Assembly: GCF_006345805.1 (NCBI RefSeq)
Contig: NC_043002.1
Span: 78,368,001 to 78,432,000 of the forward strand
From: Octopus sinensis
Taxonomy: Eukaryota
Direction: 5' to 3'
Length of the DNA: 64,000 nucleotides
Shown here: one piece after another, positions 24,420-38,055 of the stretch
Position numbering within the stretch: the stretch's first letter is position 1
Layout of the letters: each line of letters begins with the position of its first letter
Translations under genes and position numbers: made by a program
Notes under the pieces: generated by a model
Told to the model about the DNA's origin: nothing
The model's database searches: none
The model's input: the letters and a program-made list of their open reading frames with translations, nothing else

Positions 24420-25174
24420 TGACTTGAGATACTCGTCCTACCTTGGTTTTTTTATGTCCTTTTCTTCTAATATATATTGTATACACATGCACACACACAC
24501 ACATACACACACACACACATACACACACACACACATACACACACACCACACACATACACACACACACACAGTTGATAGATGGAAAGACTGAACAGACAGA
24601 CAGATAGAGAAATGACATTTGAAAATTTCCCTCGAGTGATTGTTGCATTCAGTATGTTAGCCAGTACACATATATCTAAAAGTCTAGATGGCTTCATAGA
24701 TGCTATCTATTCTCAGAACTGATGGATATAGCATAATATGGAAACACATAACTGTTGCACAGACTTGCACATTTCATCTCACACTGGAGACTATCTCTAA
24801 ACTTAAGTGAGCTGTTTGGATGTTGGTGTACATGGAGGAGGAGAATTGATTATAAAGTATTTATTTTTTTTAATATGTGCAAAAGAATCATCTTCATCAT
24901 CATCATCCTCAACACCCCCACTCAATTGGTTGATTGCCAATTTGAGGGTCCTTGCCAATGTTAGAAGTCTTTATTGTTATATTTTTATTGTTCATGATTT
25001 AAGAAAAACATTAAGAATTTCCTTTCTTACATAAAATAAAAAGGTTGATTCTTTGTTTTCCTTTTAAATAAACATATGTTAAAATGATCAAGATCAACAA
25101 ATTCATTGTGAGAATGACCTCACAGTATCTAGCATTGCTATTTTATATCTATTCTCAAGTGTAATTTCTCAGTA

Positions 25175-25440
25175 TCTTTACAGAAGTGGTTGTACCAAAA
25201 GCAAACAAGATAATAGACACATTCCTTAACTGCCATGTTTTCAAGTCAACAGCTAAGCTAATTAAATCTCTTGACTTCTCAGCTCACTTCACAACAACAT
25301 TATAGTCATTTGGTATTGCAATGTTGACTGTTATTAATACACTATTGCCATTTTTTTTGTCATGCAAAATTATGTCAGACTTTTGTGATTCCTGGTGGTC
25401 AGTCTGTCTTTATGCTAGAGTTCCATAATATTCTTGAAGT
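25175..25440 (-). mobile_element. Old R4/Dong-like restriction-like endonuclease fragment
   Basis: ILWNSSIKTD, SDIILHDKK, NIAIPNDYNV, EKSRDL..LAVDLKTWQL parallel the motifs of the 36390-36800 ORF. Confidence 0.5.
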
Positions 25441-25470
25441 GTCATTTTCTAAGTCAACTATTCATTACAA

Positions 25471-26000
25471 GAGGCACAGACATGGCTGTGTGGTTAAGAA
25501 GTTTGATTCCCAACCAAATAATTTTGAGTTCAGTTCCACTGCGTGACACCTCTGGCGAATGTCTTTTACTATAGAAGCATTGGGCCAACCAAAGCCTTAT
25601 GATAAGGCGGTGAGCTGGCAGAAACGTTAGTACGCCGGGCGAAATGCTTAGCGGTACTTCATCTGTATTTACATTCTGAGTTCAGATTCCGCCGAGGTCG
25701 ACTTTGCCTTTCATCCTTTTGTGGTCGATATATTAAGTACCAGTTACGCAGTGGGGTCGATGTAATCGAGTTAATGCCTTTGTCTGTCCTTGTTTGTCCC
25801 CTCTATGTTTAGCCCCTTGTGGGCAATAAAGAAATAAGAAGCACTGGGGCCAACCAAAGTCTTGTGAGAGGGCTTTTATTGACTGAAACTTGAGTTCAGT
25901 CCCACTGCATGAGACCTTTGGCAAATGTCTTCTACTATAGAAGCACTAGGCCAATCAAGGCTTTGTGAGAAGTATTTTGTTTACTGAAACTGAAGGAAGC
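25471..26000 (+). mobile_element. Nested SINEs: family B (25605-25836) inside a family A copy
   Basis: Family A head GGCTGTGTGGTTAAGAAG is interrupted by a full family B copy; a family A segment of about 30 bp is repeated on both sides. Confidence 0.7.
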
Positions 26001-26942
26001 TCATTGTGTGTGTATGTATGTACATATGTATGTATGTATGTACATGTATGTATGTATGTATGTATGTATGTATGTATGTAGTATGTATGTATGTATGTAT
26101 GTATGTACGTATGTGTGTGTGTACATGCATACACATATTTATGTATCTACATGTGTGTGAGTGTGTATATATTTGTATCTCTTTGCCTTGTCATTGCACG
26201 ATAGTTGTAATTGAGTGTCACTATCGTACAAGCTGTGTCATTTATTTCCAATATTCTAAAAGAACATGTCTGGCTGTGGAGAAATATTACCTTGCTTGGA
26301 AAACAGGTGGAGGTTGGTGACAGGAAGAGCATTCAGCTGTGGAAAATCTGTTTCAATTAGCTCTTTTCAACCCATGCAAGCATGGGAAAGTAGACATTAA
26401 AACGATGATGATGGCTACAAAGCTTTTCTCAGTAGTAGTGCTTCTTTAATATTTGTGTGTTGTACTGAAGGAAAAATAAAAAAATATTTTGATATACCTT
26501 GTGTATAGACTCAAAAGACGTGGTAAAGAAATAGTTTTTTTAATATATTTTAGCCTATAAATATAAATTTAAACTTCAGATGATTAAGTATTTACATCTA
26601 TATTCAATAAATGAACTATATTCATCAATAAAAAAAATGATGTTTTTTGACATTTTCTATATTTGGTCATATTTGAGATAAACATACCCTCATTTCATCT
26701 TCATTACAAAGAACTCTGTTTCTGTCGCCGTCCCCCCCCTCTCTCTCTCTCTCTTCCCCCCTCTCTGTATTTAATGTTAGTGTGTGCAGAAAATCCCAGT
26801 TCACAAAAGTATGATGTAGAAAGTGAATCAAAATAGATAAATCTCTTTCAGTAACTGAATGATATTCTAATAAACATCTCAAATGTGTCAGTAGGTAATG
26901 TTACATCCTCAGTTTTAATCTCATGACTGCTTACAATACTCT

Positions 26943-26986
<44 letters not shown>

Positions 26987-27799
26987 ACTTCTACAGATGA
27001 TTTCAAACCTATATCAGATAAAATTCCTGTAAATGTGTTTTGAACCAAATTATAAACATTTGTGTTTAATGGAGGAAAATAGACTGATCATATGCTCTAT
27101 ATTAGGAATCATTTCTTCAACAATTGTTTTACATATTAAAGGAAACATTTCAGTGTTACCATCTTTACTTCTAGTTTTCCAAATAACATTTTTCCTTTTC
27201 TGATATGTAATCAGTTTATTAGAAGGAATTTAAGTTATTGTTTGAAGAAAGTAACAGAAAGAATGTAGTGAAATTGCTGTTGGGTGTAGAGTATCTAATG
27301 TTTCAGACTCCCTCTTCAGGGTAATAAAAATAGGAGGGAAGAAAAAGACAGTTATGTTTATAAATCCACTAGATTTGAGAAATTGGCTGCTACTGATGGA
27401 GAACACAAGACAATATGAGCTCCATACATAGATAGGAAGTAGTAGGAGAGAGAAACTGGGTGAGAAAGGGAAAAAAGAAAGAGAAATGGAAACTGAAGAG
27501 GAGGTGGAGAGTAAAGTGTGAGTAAATTCATCAGCTTGCAAAGTAAAACGTGTATTGTTACATTTCTTCCATTCATTTTCTGAGATTCATAATTTGTCTA
27601 TAAAATGTAATATGTGAGTAGAGAATTTTCATTATTTCTTGTTCTGCTTCATTTCCTAGCATAGTTTTAACCATCTTCCATATGTGGACAAAATAACTGA
27701 CTTGTGATAAACTGTGACTTCAGTTTTTATGCTATCATTTCATCTGTCTCAACAGAAGTGATCTGGGATTTTCTTTTTTTTTTAATAACAAACCTTGTA

Positions 27800-28661
27800 A
27801 TACACACTCTGGAAAATTTATTTCTGTAAAATGTTGGGAGTGGGTAAAATTTCTGAGGCTTGCACCTCACCCCACCCTGTTTTTTTGGGGTTTTTTTTAT
27901 CCCAAAAAGGGTTTTTGTAGCATATTAGGAGGCCACAGGAATTCATTCAACAAAAAAAAAAATTCCCAATGATTCCAGGATAATTCTCCCTCGCCCCACC
28001 CCCTTTTTTTCTAAATGAAAATAAGGGATTTGCAGCATATAAGGAGATCAGGGTACTTGATTCCATGAAAATCAGGCGGGTGAAAAGATCAATGGGGGTG
28101 GGGATGAAATTTCCAAGGTTCCCACCTCACCCCACCCCATTTTTTGGACCCTAAAAAGGATTTTGTAGCATATTAGGAGGTCACAGGAATTCATTTAACG
28201 GGAAAAAATTAAATAAATTTCCAATTATTTCGAGAAGGGTGGGGTCATCCCTCGCCCTACCCCCTTTTTCCTGAACCACAATAAGGGATTTTTAGCATAT
28301 TAGGAGGTCGAGGTACTGGATTCCATGCAAAAAATCCGAGTTTTTTCATAGTGAAGATTGTGCAGGTGTTAATCTAAAAATTTACCCTTTGTTTTTCTTT
28401 TCCGCCATTGCTAGACAGGGGACTTGACTCATGTTAGCAAACTTAAGGATTTCACTGATGTGGAAATTGGTAAAAGTTGTGGTTGAAAATCGATTTTTAC
28501 CACTATCTGTGGGTGCTTTGGGAAAAATAAGTTGACAAAAACACAGCCATGATCATGACCAATGTCCTCCTAAAATTGGAGAGACATGCGTGCTAATTTG
28601 TGGACGTGCATAAATTACATTCATGTACACACATGCACATCCTGCCTTTTATAGATATAGA
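27800..28661 (-). mobile_element. Non-autonomous Helitron-like element with an internal duplication of about 260 bp
   Basis: Minus strand starts TCTATATCTATAAAAGG..GTGTGTAC; four AGGG.TTT..AGCATAT.AGGAG subrepeats. Confidence 0.5.
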
Positions 28662-29630
28662 TAATTTTTGGTGCAAGGCCAGCAAGTTTGGGTGAGGGAG
28701 TAAGTCAATTATATTCACCCCAGTACTCAACTGGTACCTATTTCATCTATTCTGAAAGGATGATTGGTAGCAAAGCCGGCTTTGGTAGAATTTGAACTCA
28801 AAACATAAAGACAGATGAAATGCTTCTATGAATTTTGCCTGACGTGCTAACGATTCTGCCAGCTCACTGCCTTACACATTCTTAATATTACATGTAGTTA
28901 ATGTGGCAAGCTGGCAGAATCATTATTTTCTGACTTTATGTTCTGAGTTCAAATGCCGCCAGGGGTTGACTTTACCTTTTATCCATTCAGGGTTGATAAA
29001 ATAAGTACTAGTCAAGTACTGGAGTTGATGTGATTGATTTAGACTTGCCACAAAATTGCTGGCCTTGTACCAAAATTTGAAACTAATGCTAGATGTAGTT
29101 GCTTTTAGAAACATTTACCTCTATGCTATGTTTCCTCTTAGTCGCTATATTTTTAGTAATATATTTTATGAGTTATATATTCAAAATTAATATGTAAAAA
29201 GAAATAAAAGAAACAGGAAAAAGTTTCTATCACCAATAAAACATGGAATAAATGCTATTCTTAGAGCTAAAAGCAGGTTCTCCCATTGGTTTTAATTGTA
29301 TCTGCCTCCATTTGCTCAGTCAACTAGACAACCTGTTCATTGGATTAGCTAGTGAAATGGCTGAGTATGCCATTTACATGTACCCTTAACATAATTCTCA
29401 AGTAGGATTAGACTGACAAGGCTAAACTGTTGAATTACATGTACAATCCATCTGATGAGCTTCCATACACTTTCTGTCCATCTAAATTCACTCACAAGAC
29501 TTGGACTGATTAGAGGCTTTGGTAAAGACACTTTCTCAAGATGCCTTCAATAGGATTGATTTCATGGTTTCAAACTGAACTTATTAGCCTCTCAGCTATG
29601 TCTACATCCACAAATTAATACTAAGAAATA

Positions 29631-30451
29631 TGAGGTGCATTCCAGAAGTTTTGAGATTTCTTTTAGGCAAGACACTTATAACTGTCCTAGATTATTGTAA
29701 TTTTAGTATATCATTACTATACATCTAATAAGCTGACCTGCAAAATTTTGTTATTCTAGATTGAAGGAGATAGCTGTAACAGCACTTCAGACACACCCTA
29801 CTAAACACTGCTTGTCACAGATGATTATGTTACAGTGTAGTCAGGATGTTTGGAAGCTTGCTATGCAATAACGTTTTGTGTTAAACTGAGTAAAAATGCT
29901 AAAGAAATTTATGAAATGCCCCAGACTGTAGAGAGGAGGTGAAAGACAATGAGAAATGTAAGAGGGAGAGAGACATCAGAACACAAGAATTGATTGAGAA
30001 AATTTGCAATTTTCTAGATGAATATCATCATGTGTCTATAAAGGCAATAAACAAATGGTTTGGAGTTGGTGTGGAAACTGTCGATAGAATTATTCATGAA
30101 GATCAGACCATGTGTAAAATTTGTGCAAAGTTTGTTTCCTGGGTGTTCAGTGACAAGCATACAGATAATCAACTACTTGACAGATATGTGCATTAAAACT
30201 GTCCTCTTCCTCCCTACTGTTCAGTCCTTGCTCCCTGTGACTTTTGGCTGTTCCTCAAGCTGAAAGAGAACCTCAGGAGCAGTTCTGGAAGCCTTCACTT
30301 TGGAGGACTTCAATGGGGCCTTCACAAAGGGGCTTCACAAATGCAATAAAGTCAGAAGGTTTTACTTTGAAGGAAATAAGAGTTTTGTACTTTTTTGAAA
30401 TTAATAAATGTCCCTCCTGGAAAAGTCCAAAAACTTCTATAATGCATCTTG
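29631..30451 (+). pseudogene. Internally deleted mariner transposon
   Basis: Imperfect TIRs (TGAGGTGCATTCCAGAAGTT / AACTTCTATAATGCATCTTG); IIHEDQTMCKICAKFV and LAPCDFWLFLKLK remnants; the catalytic middle is missing. Confidence 0.8.
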
Positions 30452-31508
30452 TGTTAATTAGAATACACATTGTTAAAAGAAAAGTAACTGATTTGATTAG
30501 AAAAAATTAATTGAAGAGTTCGGTTTTGATGTATATTTTTATTATATTTTTATTACCATTTTCTATAGAAACACTTTAATTAGTTGATCAAACATTTATA
30601 ATCAAAGCTCAAATGTTTGTTTTGACATACTGTACCCAAATGACCAAAATGAATTAGAAGGGACAAATCACTACCTCACCTTCCATTCTATATTTAGTTT
30701 TCTTGACATGTTTACCGTTATATTGGATATTACATTAAGATTCTATATTTAAAATTTCTGTTTGTATTTTTCACATTTTTAAAAATATGATTCTATTATT
30801 TCCACAATTCAAATAGCTATGACCTGCAACACACCATTTTGTTAGCTGTAGCATGCTACCTACAAACCATTGAACTAAAATGTCGAATCTATGTTTGTAG
30901 AGTAGCTCCACTGCCTTGTTGTGCTTCTAAGTTTATTTCATGGGATCTAATGTAGGACATCCTAATACGATTTGGTGTATTGTTTCAGAAAATATACCAT
31001 AGAAGCAGCATCTGTTATCTATATTGTTGCAACTGTAGATATGGTTTTCAATGTCTAGTGGTGATGACTGGCTCTTGTGCAGCTAATGTTGTTGCTTCTC
31101 CTGTCATATTCATGCTTGGTTTGTTCAATAGTAACATTTAAATTTATGTTGGGGTTGGGGTGGGGGGATTCAGTTCATGAAATTATTTGCCATTTAAAGA
31201 CAATTCTGATATCTTCACTGACCGCTGCTGCTGCTAATCATTATCATCATCAAAACAACAGAAAATACAGATAGAATGAAAAGCAGAAAGAAGTTTGCAT
31301 TGTGTGCAAAAAGAATAATTATTCAACTATAAAATCTAGGGAACTGATTCTTTGTCTTCTTCTCTTGTTGTGTGTGTGTGTGTGTGTGTATGGTTAAGTA
31401 ACATATTTCACAGCACAGCACCTTAGGCTGCCCAAAGCATTGTGAGTGGATTTAGTCGAAAATTGAAAAAAGTCCTTTATATATGTATATGTACACACAT
31501 ACAAACAT

Positions 31509-31572
<64 letters not shown>

Positions 31573-31965
31573 ACAAACAAACAAATATTTTAAAATGCTT
31601 TCCACAATAAAGAATTCATATGCCTCGGAAGAAGCTATATAATGCTACACTGACACTCAGCTCTGAGTGTTCAGTTCCTGACAGCAGAAACAGCTGTAAG
31701 CTCATGAAAATGATTGCATAACTCCTGCTCTTTTGTCATATAATTAATAATTAATATTACATTCCGTGCTAACGTGGCAAGTTGGCAGAATTGTTGGAAC
31801 TTTGAGCAAAATGCTTAGCATTTTGTATGCCTTCACCTTCTGCATTCAAATTCCACCATAAGAACCCTGATCTAATGGAGTGCCAGTGTATGTGTGTTGT
31901 GTGTGTGTGCATATGTGTGTGTGTGCATATGTGTGTGTGTGTGTGTGTGTGTGACTACGTGTGTA

Positions 31966-32152
31966 CCATTGGCGATTTTTTTTCCTCTGTCTTCCCTTCT
32001 CTGGATTTTTCCTTCTCCTATGTTTCCGACGAAGAGCTCCACTCGAAACGTTAAACCTTCCTTCTTTCCTTTTTCCTGTGCATCCAATAATTCTATATTT
32101 GTTCCACGTCCTCGCGTTGTTGTATTTTTTTGTGCTTTCTTGTTTGGATTAA
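31966..32152 (+). mobile_element. Penelope-type terminal repeat (family Z)
   Basis: Homologous to 17738-17897; ends at (TA)n. Confidence 0.6.
32022..32056 (+). ncRNA. Minimal hammerhead-like motif, U4C variant
   Basis: GTTT-CCGACGA-A-GAG(ctcca)CTC-GAA-ACGT-T^AAAC. Confidence 0.55.
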
Positions 32153-32177
32153 CTATATATATATATAATATATATAT

Positions 32178-32553
32178 GAGTGTTGGGCCTCACGGAGGCA
32201 AGGTGGCCAATGCGGGTGGCACGTGAAAAGCACCTTTCGAGTGTTGGGCGTTACAGAGGCAATGTCAAATGACCAAGACCTTTGGCATTATGCCATGCTT
32301 GAGAAGAAGACCCATCAAGCCAAGCAAAATTGTAGTCATGGCAGATACTGGTGTCATGCAAATGGCACCCATGCCAGTGGCTCATAAAAAAGCATCCATT
32401 ACACTCTTGGAGTGGATGGCATTAGGAAGGGCATCCAGCTGTAGAAACCATGCCAAATCAGACTGGAGTCTTGTGCAGCTTTCCAGCTTACCAGCTCTGG
32501 TCCAACCATCCAACCCATGCCAGCATGGACAACGGCTGTTAAATGATGATGAT
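32178..32553 (+). mobile_element. RTE-derived 3' element
   Basis: RVLGVTEAMSNDQDLWHYAMLEK followed by the common RTE 3'UTR and (GAT)n. Confidence 0.65.
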
Positions 32554-33387
32554 ATATGAATTCAATCAGTAGTTTGCTTTAGAAAGCCTGTTTATGAGAA
32601 CTGATTGTCAGACATGATTTTTAACAGTGAAAACCACTCATATTGCTGAAGATACATCTCAAAACCAATTAACCTCTACAGAGTATAAACTGTAACCTTC
32701 ATGAAACAAAGTTTGAATTTACCCAGATTTGAAATCTGTAACATTTTAACTTTTTAGTCACAGCTACAAGATGTCAAAATTCAAAACTACTTTATGAGTA
32801 GAATAACTACTAGAGCACATCAACAAATACAATTTTAGATGGTCTGTACTTGTTAGATTTCTGCTTAAAAATGTATTACTGATAAATTTTGAAAAATAAT
32901 TTTCTGTATGAATGTATTTATGTATGTTACACACACACACACACACACACACTAACACATGTATATGGAAAAAAATTTGAATTAAAGATCAAGGAGACCA
33001 GAAATCCAACGAGGAATCTATACAAGTTAAAACATTAAATTTGTAAAATGCAAACATGTGTGTGTGTGTGTGCGCACGCGTGTGTATATATATATGTATG
33101 TATGTGTGTGTGTATCTGTGTATGTGTGTGTCTGTGTATGTGTGTGTTTGCATATATGATAAATATATACGTATATATGTTTGTGTGTGCGTGTGTATAA
33201 ACAATATAAATATATTATATATGTGTGTGTTTGTGTGTGTGTGTATTTATGTATACATATACTTGAGGAAAGCATCACTCCATCCCCATTCTAGAGTGAT
33301 TGGTAAGTGAGCAGAGGTTATGAATCACTATATGTATTTATCATTGTATATATATATATATATATATACACATACATACATATATAG

Positions 33388-33463
<76 letters not shown>

Positions 33464-34224
33464 GTATATATACATACAATGATAAATACAGAGAGCAGTA
33501 TCTTCTTGCTCTCTTCCTTCTCTTTCCTTCAGTGATGGGTGGTAGAGGTAGTTAAAGTACAGTCATAGAACTGCCTCAAAGAAGCATGTGTGTATATGAG
33601 TGTGTGTATGTATGTGTGTGCGTGTGTGTGTGTGTGTGCATACATGTGTGTATGCATGCATGCATGCATGCTTGCTAGTAAAGCTGTGTTCACGTGTGTG
33701 TGTTTTATATGTTGAATGTTATATTATGAATATTTTAATAGCCAAAGAAAATTGCAAGACTTATATCTATGAAGGTTTCTGAAAGCAGGAAGTTATGAAT
33801 AATAGTGAGGGAGAGAGAGAGAAAAGGAGAGGAAGCAGAAAATGGGAGCAAGTGTGAGAGAAGAGAAACAGCAAAAAAGAAAGAAAACTCAAAAGAGAGA
33901 GAACAAAGGAAAAGAAAAATCAAAAGTAAGAGAGAGAGAGAGAGAGAGAGCACTCTTTGGCTCATAATAACAATGATGCTAACCATCAATTTATATATGT
34001 ATTTCAGATATCATCTCAAATTTAACCTCCCAATATAGCAGCCTTTTTTTTTCTCTCACTGTATTACATCGTTCCAACATAAAACAAGCACTGTATTTAT
34101 GTATTTTGTTTTTTGTAGTTTACATGGAAAATAAATTTTTACTGTCACATAAGTATGGGGAGAATATAGACATTCTAAATCCGATGATAGCAATGATAGG
34201 AGCGTTGATGATCCTGTTGTTGTC

Positions 34225-34226
34225 GC

Positions 34227-34318
<92 letters not shown>

Positions 34319-34319
34319 G

Positions 34320-34353
<34 letters not shown>

Positions 34354-34425
34354 AGTGGTTGTAGTAGTGGTGGTGGTGATGATGGGAATGATGATTATGA
34401 TGATATGATGATGGTGATGATGGCA
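34225..34425. repeat. Compound (CTG)n/(ATG)n/(GTG)n microsatellite
   Basis: Direct reading. Confidence 0.95.
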
Positions 34426-34758
34426 ATGACAATCTATTTGAAAAATCATTATGGCAATGATAATAATTTCTTACTGATTCCAGTGAAGCAATCTCTATCT
34501 GCAAAATATGGCGATAATAATAATAATGGCTTCAAATTTTGGTTCAAAGCCAGCAATGTTAGGAAGAGAGTGTAACTCGATTACACTGCACCACACCCAC
34601 CCCCCACTCCGTACGTGACTGGTACTTATTCTATCAGTCCAGAAGGGACGAACAGCAGAGTTGATCTTGACAGCATTTCATCTCAGAGGGTAGAGAACAG
34701 GGAGAAATGTTGCTAAGAATTTTGTATGGCATGCTTACAATTCTGCCAGCCCACCTCT

Positions 34759-34794
<36 letters not shown>

Positions 34795-34969
34795 TAATAA
34801 CAACAACATCCATCCATGAATTAATTTATTTATTAATTTTTAAATACATATTTTATCTGTGAATTTGTATGTGTAATCTGGGAATGCATACAATGAGCTT
34901 CTCTGCCCTAGGTGTACGGAAAACACCCGGCGAGAAACGGAAGAAAATTTGAAGAAAGAAGGAAAAAAC

Positions 34970-35006
<37 letters not shown>

Positions 35007-35014
35007 CAACAACA

Positions 35015-35775
35015 AATTCCCCGATGCAGTCCCAGGCACTGGTTCCCATGGCTTCTGATCTTAACTGATTGGAAGTGTTATCATGTACATTGTTTTGTCT
35101 TGGTATAAAAGATGGGCTACAGCAAATATTCTGCTCAATACCACAGATTTGCTTGTCAGTTGTTTGACCTTAACCAGTTGAACATGTCCCTTAGTGGCTG
35201 ACGATATGTGCATCTCTGTTCACAAGCAGAAGTAGAGGGGGAGCATCATAGCCATGTGTTGAGATGTTTCCTTTGGGGTTTGGATAATTCATTTAACATC
35301 CTTAAACAACCCTTATTCAAGTATATACAAATGTATATACATGCATCCATGTATGTATATACAATATGGCAGCATGCTGACCAATTTCACATGGCTTTCC
35401 CACCTGAATTGCACTATTTTTACATTCTTTTTTTTCTCTTTCAGTTTTTCTTCATCTTTCCTCCTCTCATTCTTCTCTATACTATATTTCTAAGGAAGAC
35501 AATGTCTGAAATGTCATATCAATGAACTCTTATCATTTCTCAGAGCATGAATTTAACTGCACTTTAATTTTTTTGTTTGTTCTTTTGTTCTTCACCGCAT
35601 CCATTTATTTCCCTACCAAACTACATGCCTACCTACTTACCTACCTACCTACCTACCTACCTACCTACTTACCTACCTACCTACCTACCTACCTATCTAC
35701 CTACCTATCTGCCTACCTACCTAATTAACTAACTAACTAACTACCTATTTGTCTATCTATTTATCTGCCTGCTTG

Positions 35776-35855
<80 letters not shown>

Positions 35856-36167
35856 TGTCTATACACACACACACACATACATATACACACACTCTGCTTC
35901 ACATATTAAGCCCTTTTCCTTCCTTTGTAAAACAAGAAATTCACACACACTTCTGCTTGTGATCAGAGATGCACATATCGTCAGCCACAAAGGGACATGC
36001 TCAACTGGTTAAGGTCAAACAACTGACAAGCAAATCAGTGGTACTGAGCAGAATATTTGCTGTAGCCCATCTTTTATACCAAGACAAAAGAATGTACATG
36101 ATAACACTTCCAGTCAGTTAAGATCAGAAGCCATGGGAGCCAGTGCCTGGTACTGCATCAGGGAATT
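35015..36167. mobile_element. Two inverted copies (35015-35232 and 35951-36167) of a retroelement 3' end with (TTA)n tail
   Basis: About 217-bp reverse-complement homology; each copy ends GGGAATT followed by TTA/TTG triplets. Confidence 0.7.
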
Positions 36168-36189
36168 TATTATTATTATTATTATTATT

Positions 36190-36801
36190 CTATTTTTGAC
36201 TTTTGCTTTATATTTGTACAAGTTGGCTCCAAGTCTCACCCAGAGACCTCAAGAGACAACAGGTTGGAAGTTCATGTTGTTGTTATGCCTAGTGTGCCAT
36301 ATATTTGGGGTTTTTTTTTGGTGTTGTACTAGTGAATGTCCCCCCCCCCCAAAAAAAAACGAAAATTATGTTTGTTTTAAACCCTGAGATTACATAGAAA
36401 GTATTTTGCGTAGGATATGAGCAGTTCCCATGAGCACTATCTTTTGAATTTCTGCCATTTTTGGGTTTCCTGGTATCTGAGTTAGGTAGCAATCAGCCCC
36501 TTTCGCTATCATTCCCAGGGCACCTATGACAACAGGTATTGTTTTAGTTTTCAGGTTCCATATTTTGCTGATTTCTATTTCAAGATCTTTGTATTTGCTC
36601 AGTTTTTGGTAGGTCTTGACAGATACGTTTATATCGATTGGGACAGTCATATCAATGAGGAGGCATGTTCTTTGTTTGAAGTTTTTCAATATGATGTCTG
36701 GCCTATTTGCATCTATCTTTCTGTCAGTTTGAATGGGGAAGTTCCAGAGGAGTGAGATGTGGTCATTTTCAAGCACTGGAGGTGGTTTGTGTTCCCACCA
36801 T
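36190..36801 (-). mobile_element. R4/Dong-like non-LTR element, 5'-truncated; restriction-like endonuclease remnant 36390-36800
   Basis: WNFPIQTD..ANRPDII..LIDMTVP..KLSKYKDLEIEI..IPVVIGALG..TAHILRKIL; (TAA)n at both ends. Confidence 0.85.
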
Positions 36802-37658
36802 ATTATTATTACTGTTATAAATGAGTTAGTAGAATGGCAGAATTGTTAGCATATTTAGTCAAAATGTTTTGTAGCGTTTTACATTCAGAGTTCAAATCTG
36901 CTTCAATAACCTCTGTCTGCCACAACCAGTGATGACAAGAATGATTTTCCATGCTGGCATAGGTTGAACAGCTTTTCTAAGGCAGGGTTTTACAACTTCC
37001 TATCACCAGCTCTTTAAGTCTTATGACATACATGTGTGTATTCTAAAACTGAAAAATATGTGTTAACTGAAGTTTTGATAGTAACAACATAGTATTAAAA
37101 AAAGTGAATTATATTTGTTCCCTTTATAAGCAATTTATTCTAAGATTAAGATTTTATAAGCTTTTCATAAAAGCTCATGGTTAATGGATTTTTCTTTACT
37201 AGATAACAAATGCGAAGAAATGGTATTCTGCTTTGAAAATGAAATTAAACACAATTAGAATATTAAAACTGTTATAAGAGTAAATCTGACAAGGACCCAT
37301 CTCCACCTAAACTTTACAAGCATGCCAAAAAAAGGGAAAAACTAGCAAATTACGGTTTGTAATCAGGATTGTAACGATCCAGATGTTATAGTTCTTTAAC
37401 TAGAAACGTGATGACTACTAATTAGGTATTGTGAAATATTTCTCTACAAAATTCCATGACTAGATAAATGGAATATCTGTTGCTTTAGATTATTATTCAT
37501 TGTTCTCTTGCATAAAATATTTATTCACAAAATATCTGAGAACATCCATAACTGATATCAATGGCTCCTGCATTCGCTTCTTCCACGAAAAGAATATTCA
37601 ATCTTTCATGTTTCTTTTCTTAGTTTTTTAATTGAGAAAAGATTAATTTATTAATTTA

Positions 37659-38055
37659 GGCACAGGCATGGCTGTGTGGTATGAAGTTTGCTTCCTAGTC
37701 ACATGATTCTAGGTTCAGTCTCACTTTAAGGCACCTTGGGGAAATGTCCTCTACTATAGCTACAAGCAAGTGGATTGGTTGACAGAAACTGAAAGAAGCC
37801 CTTTGTGTGTGTGTGGATGTGTATGGGTGTCTATGTGTATGCGTGCGTGTCTTTGTGTCTGTATTTGTCCCCCAACACCACTTGATAACTGGTTTTGGTG
37901 TGTTTATGCTCCTGTAACTTAGTGATTTGGCAAAAGAGACCAATAGAATAAGTAACAGGCTGAACAAAAAAAAAATTGGGTCAATTCATTCAACCGAAGT
38001 TCTTCAAGGCAGTGCCCCAGCATGGCCACAATCAAATGTCTGAAACAAATAAAAG
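37659..38055 (+). mobile_element. tRNA-headed SINE, family A
   Basis: A/B-box-like head, internal (GT)n, 3' GACTGAAACAAGTAAAAG-type end; many copies in the window. Confidence 0.8.

Noticed and set aside
27306-27525. Possible host exon (TTTCAG acceptor, GTGAGT donor, purine-rich)
   Set aside because: All three frames contain stops and there is no recognisable homology; it needs RNA-seq support.
35190-35235. CTGACGA core-like heptamer
   Set aside because: There is no GAAA or credible stem II/III at the required spacing.
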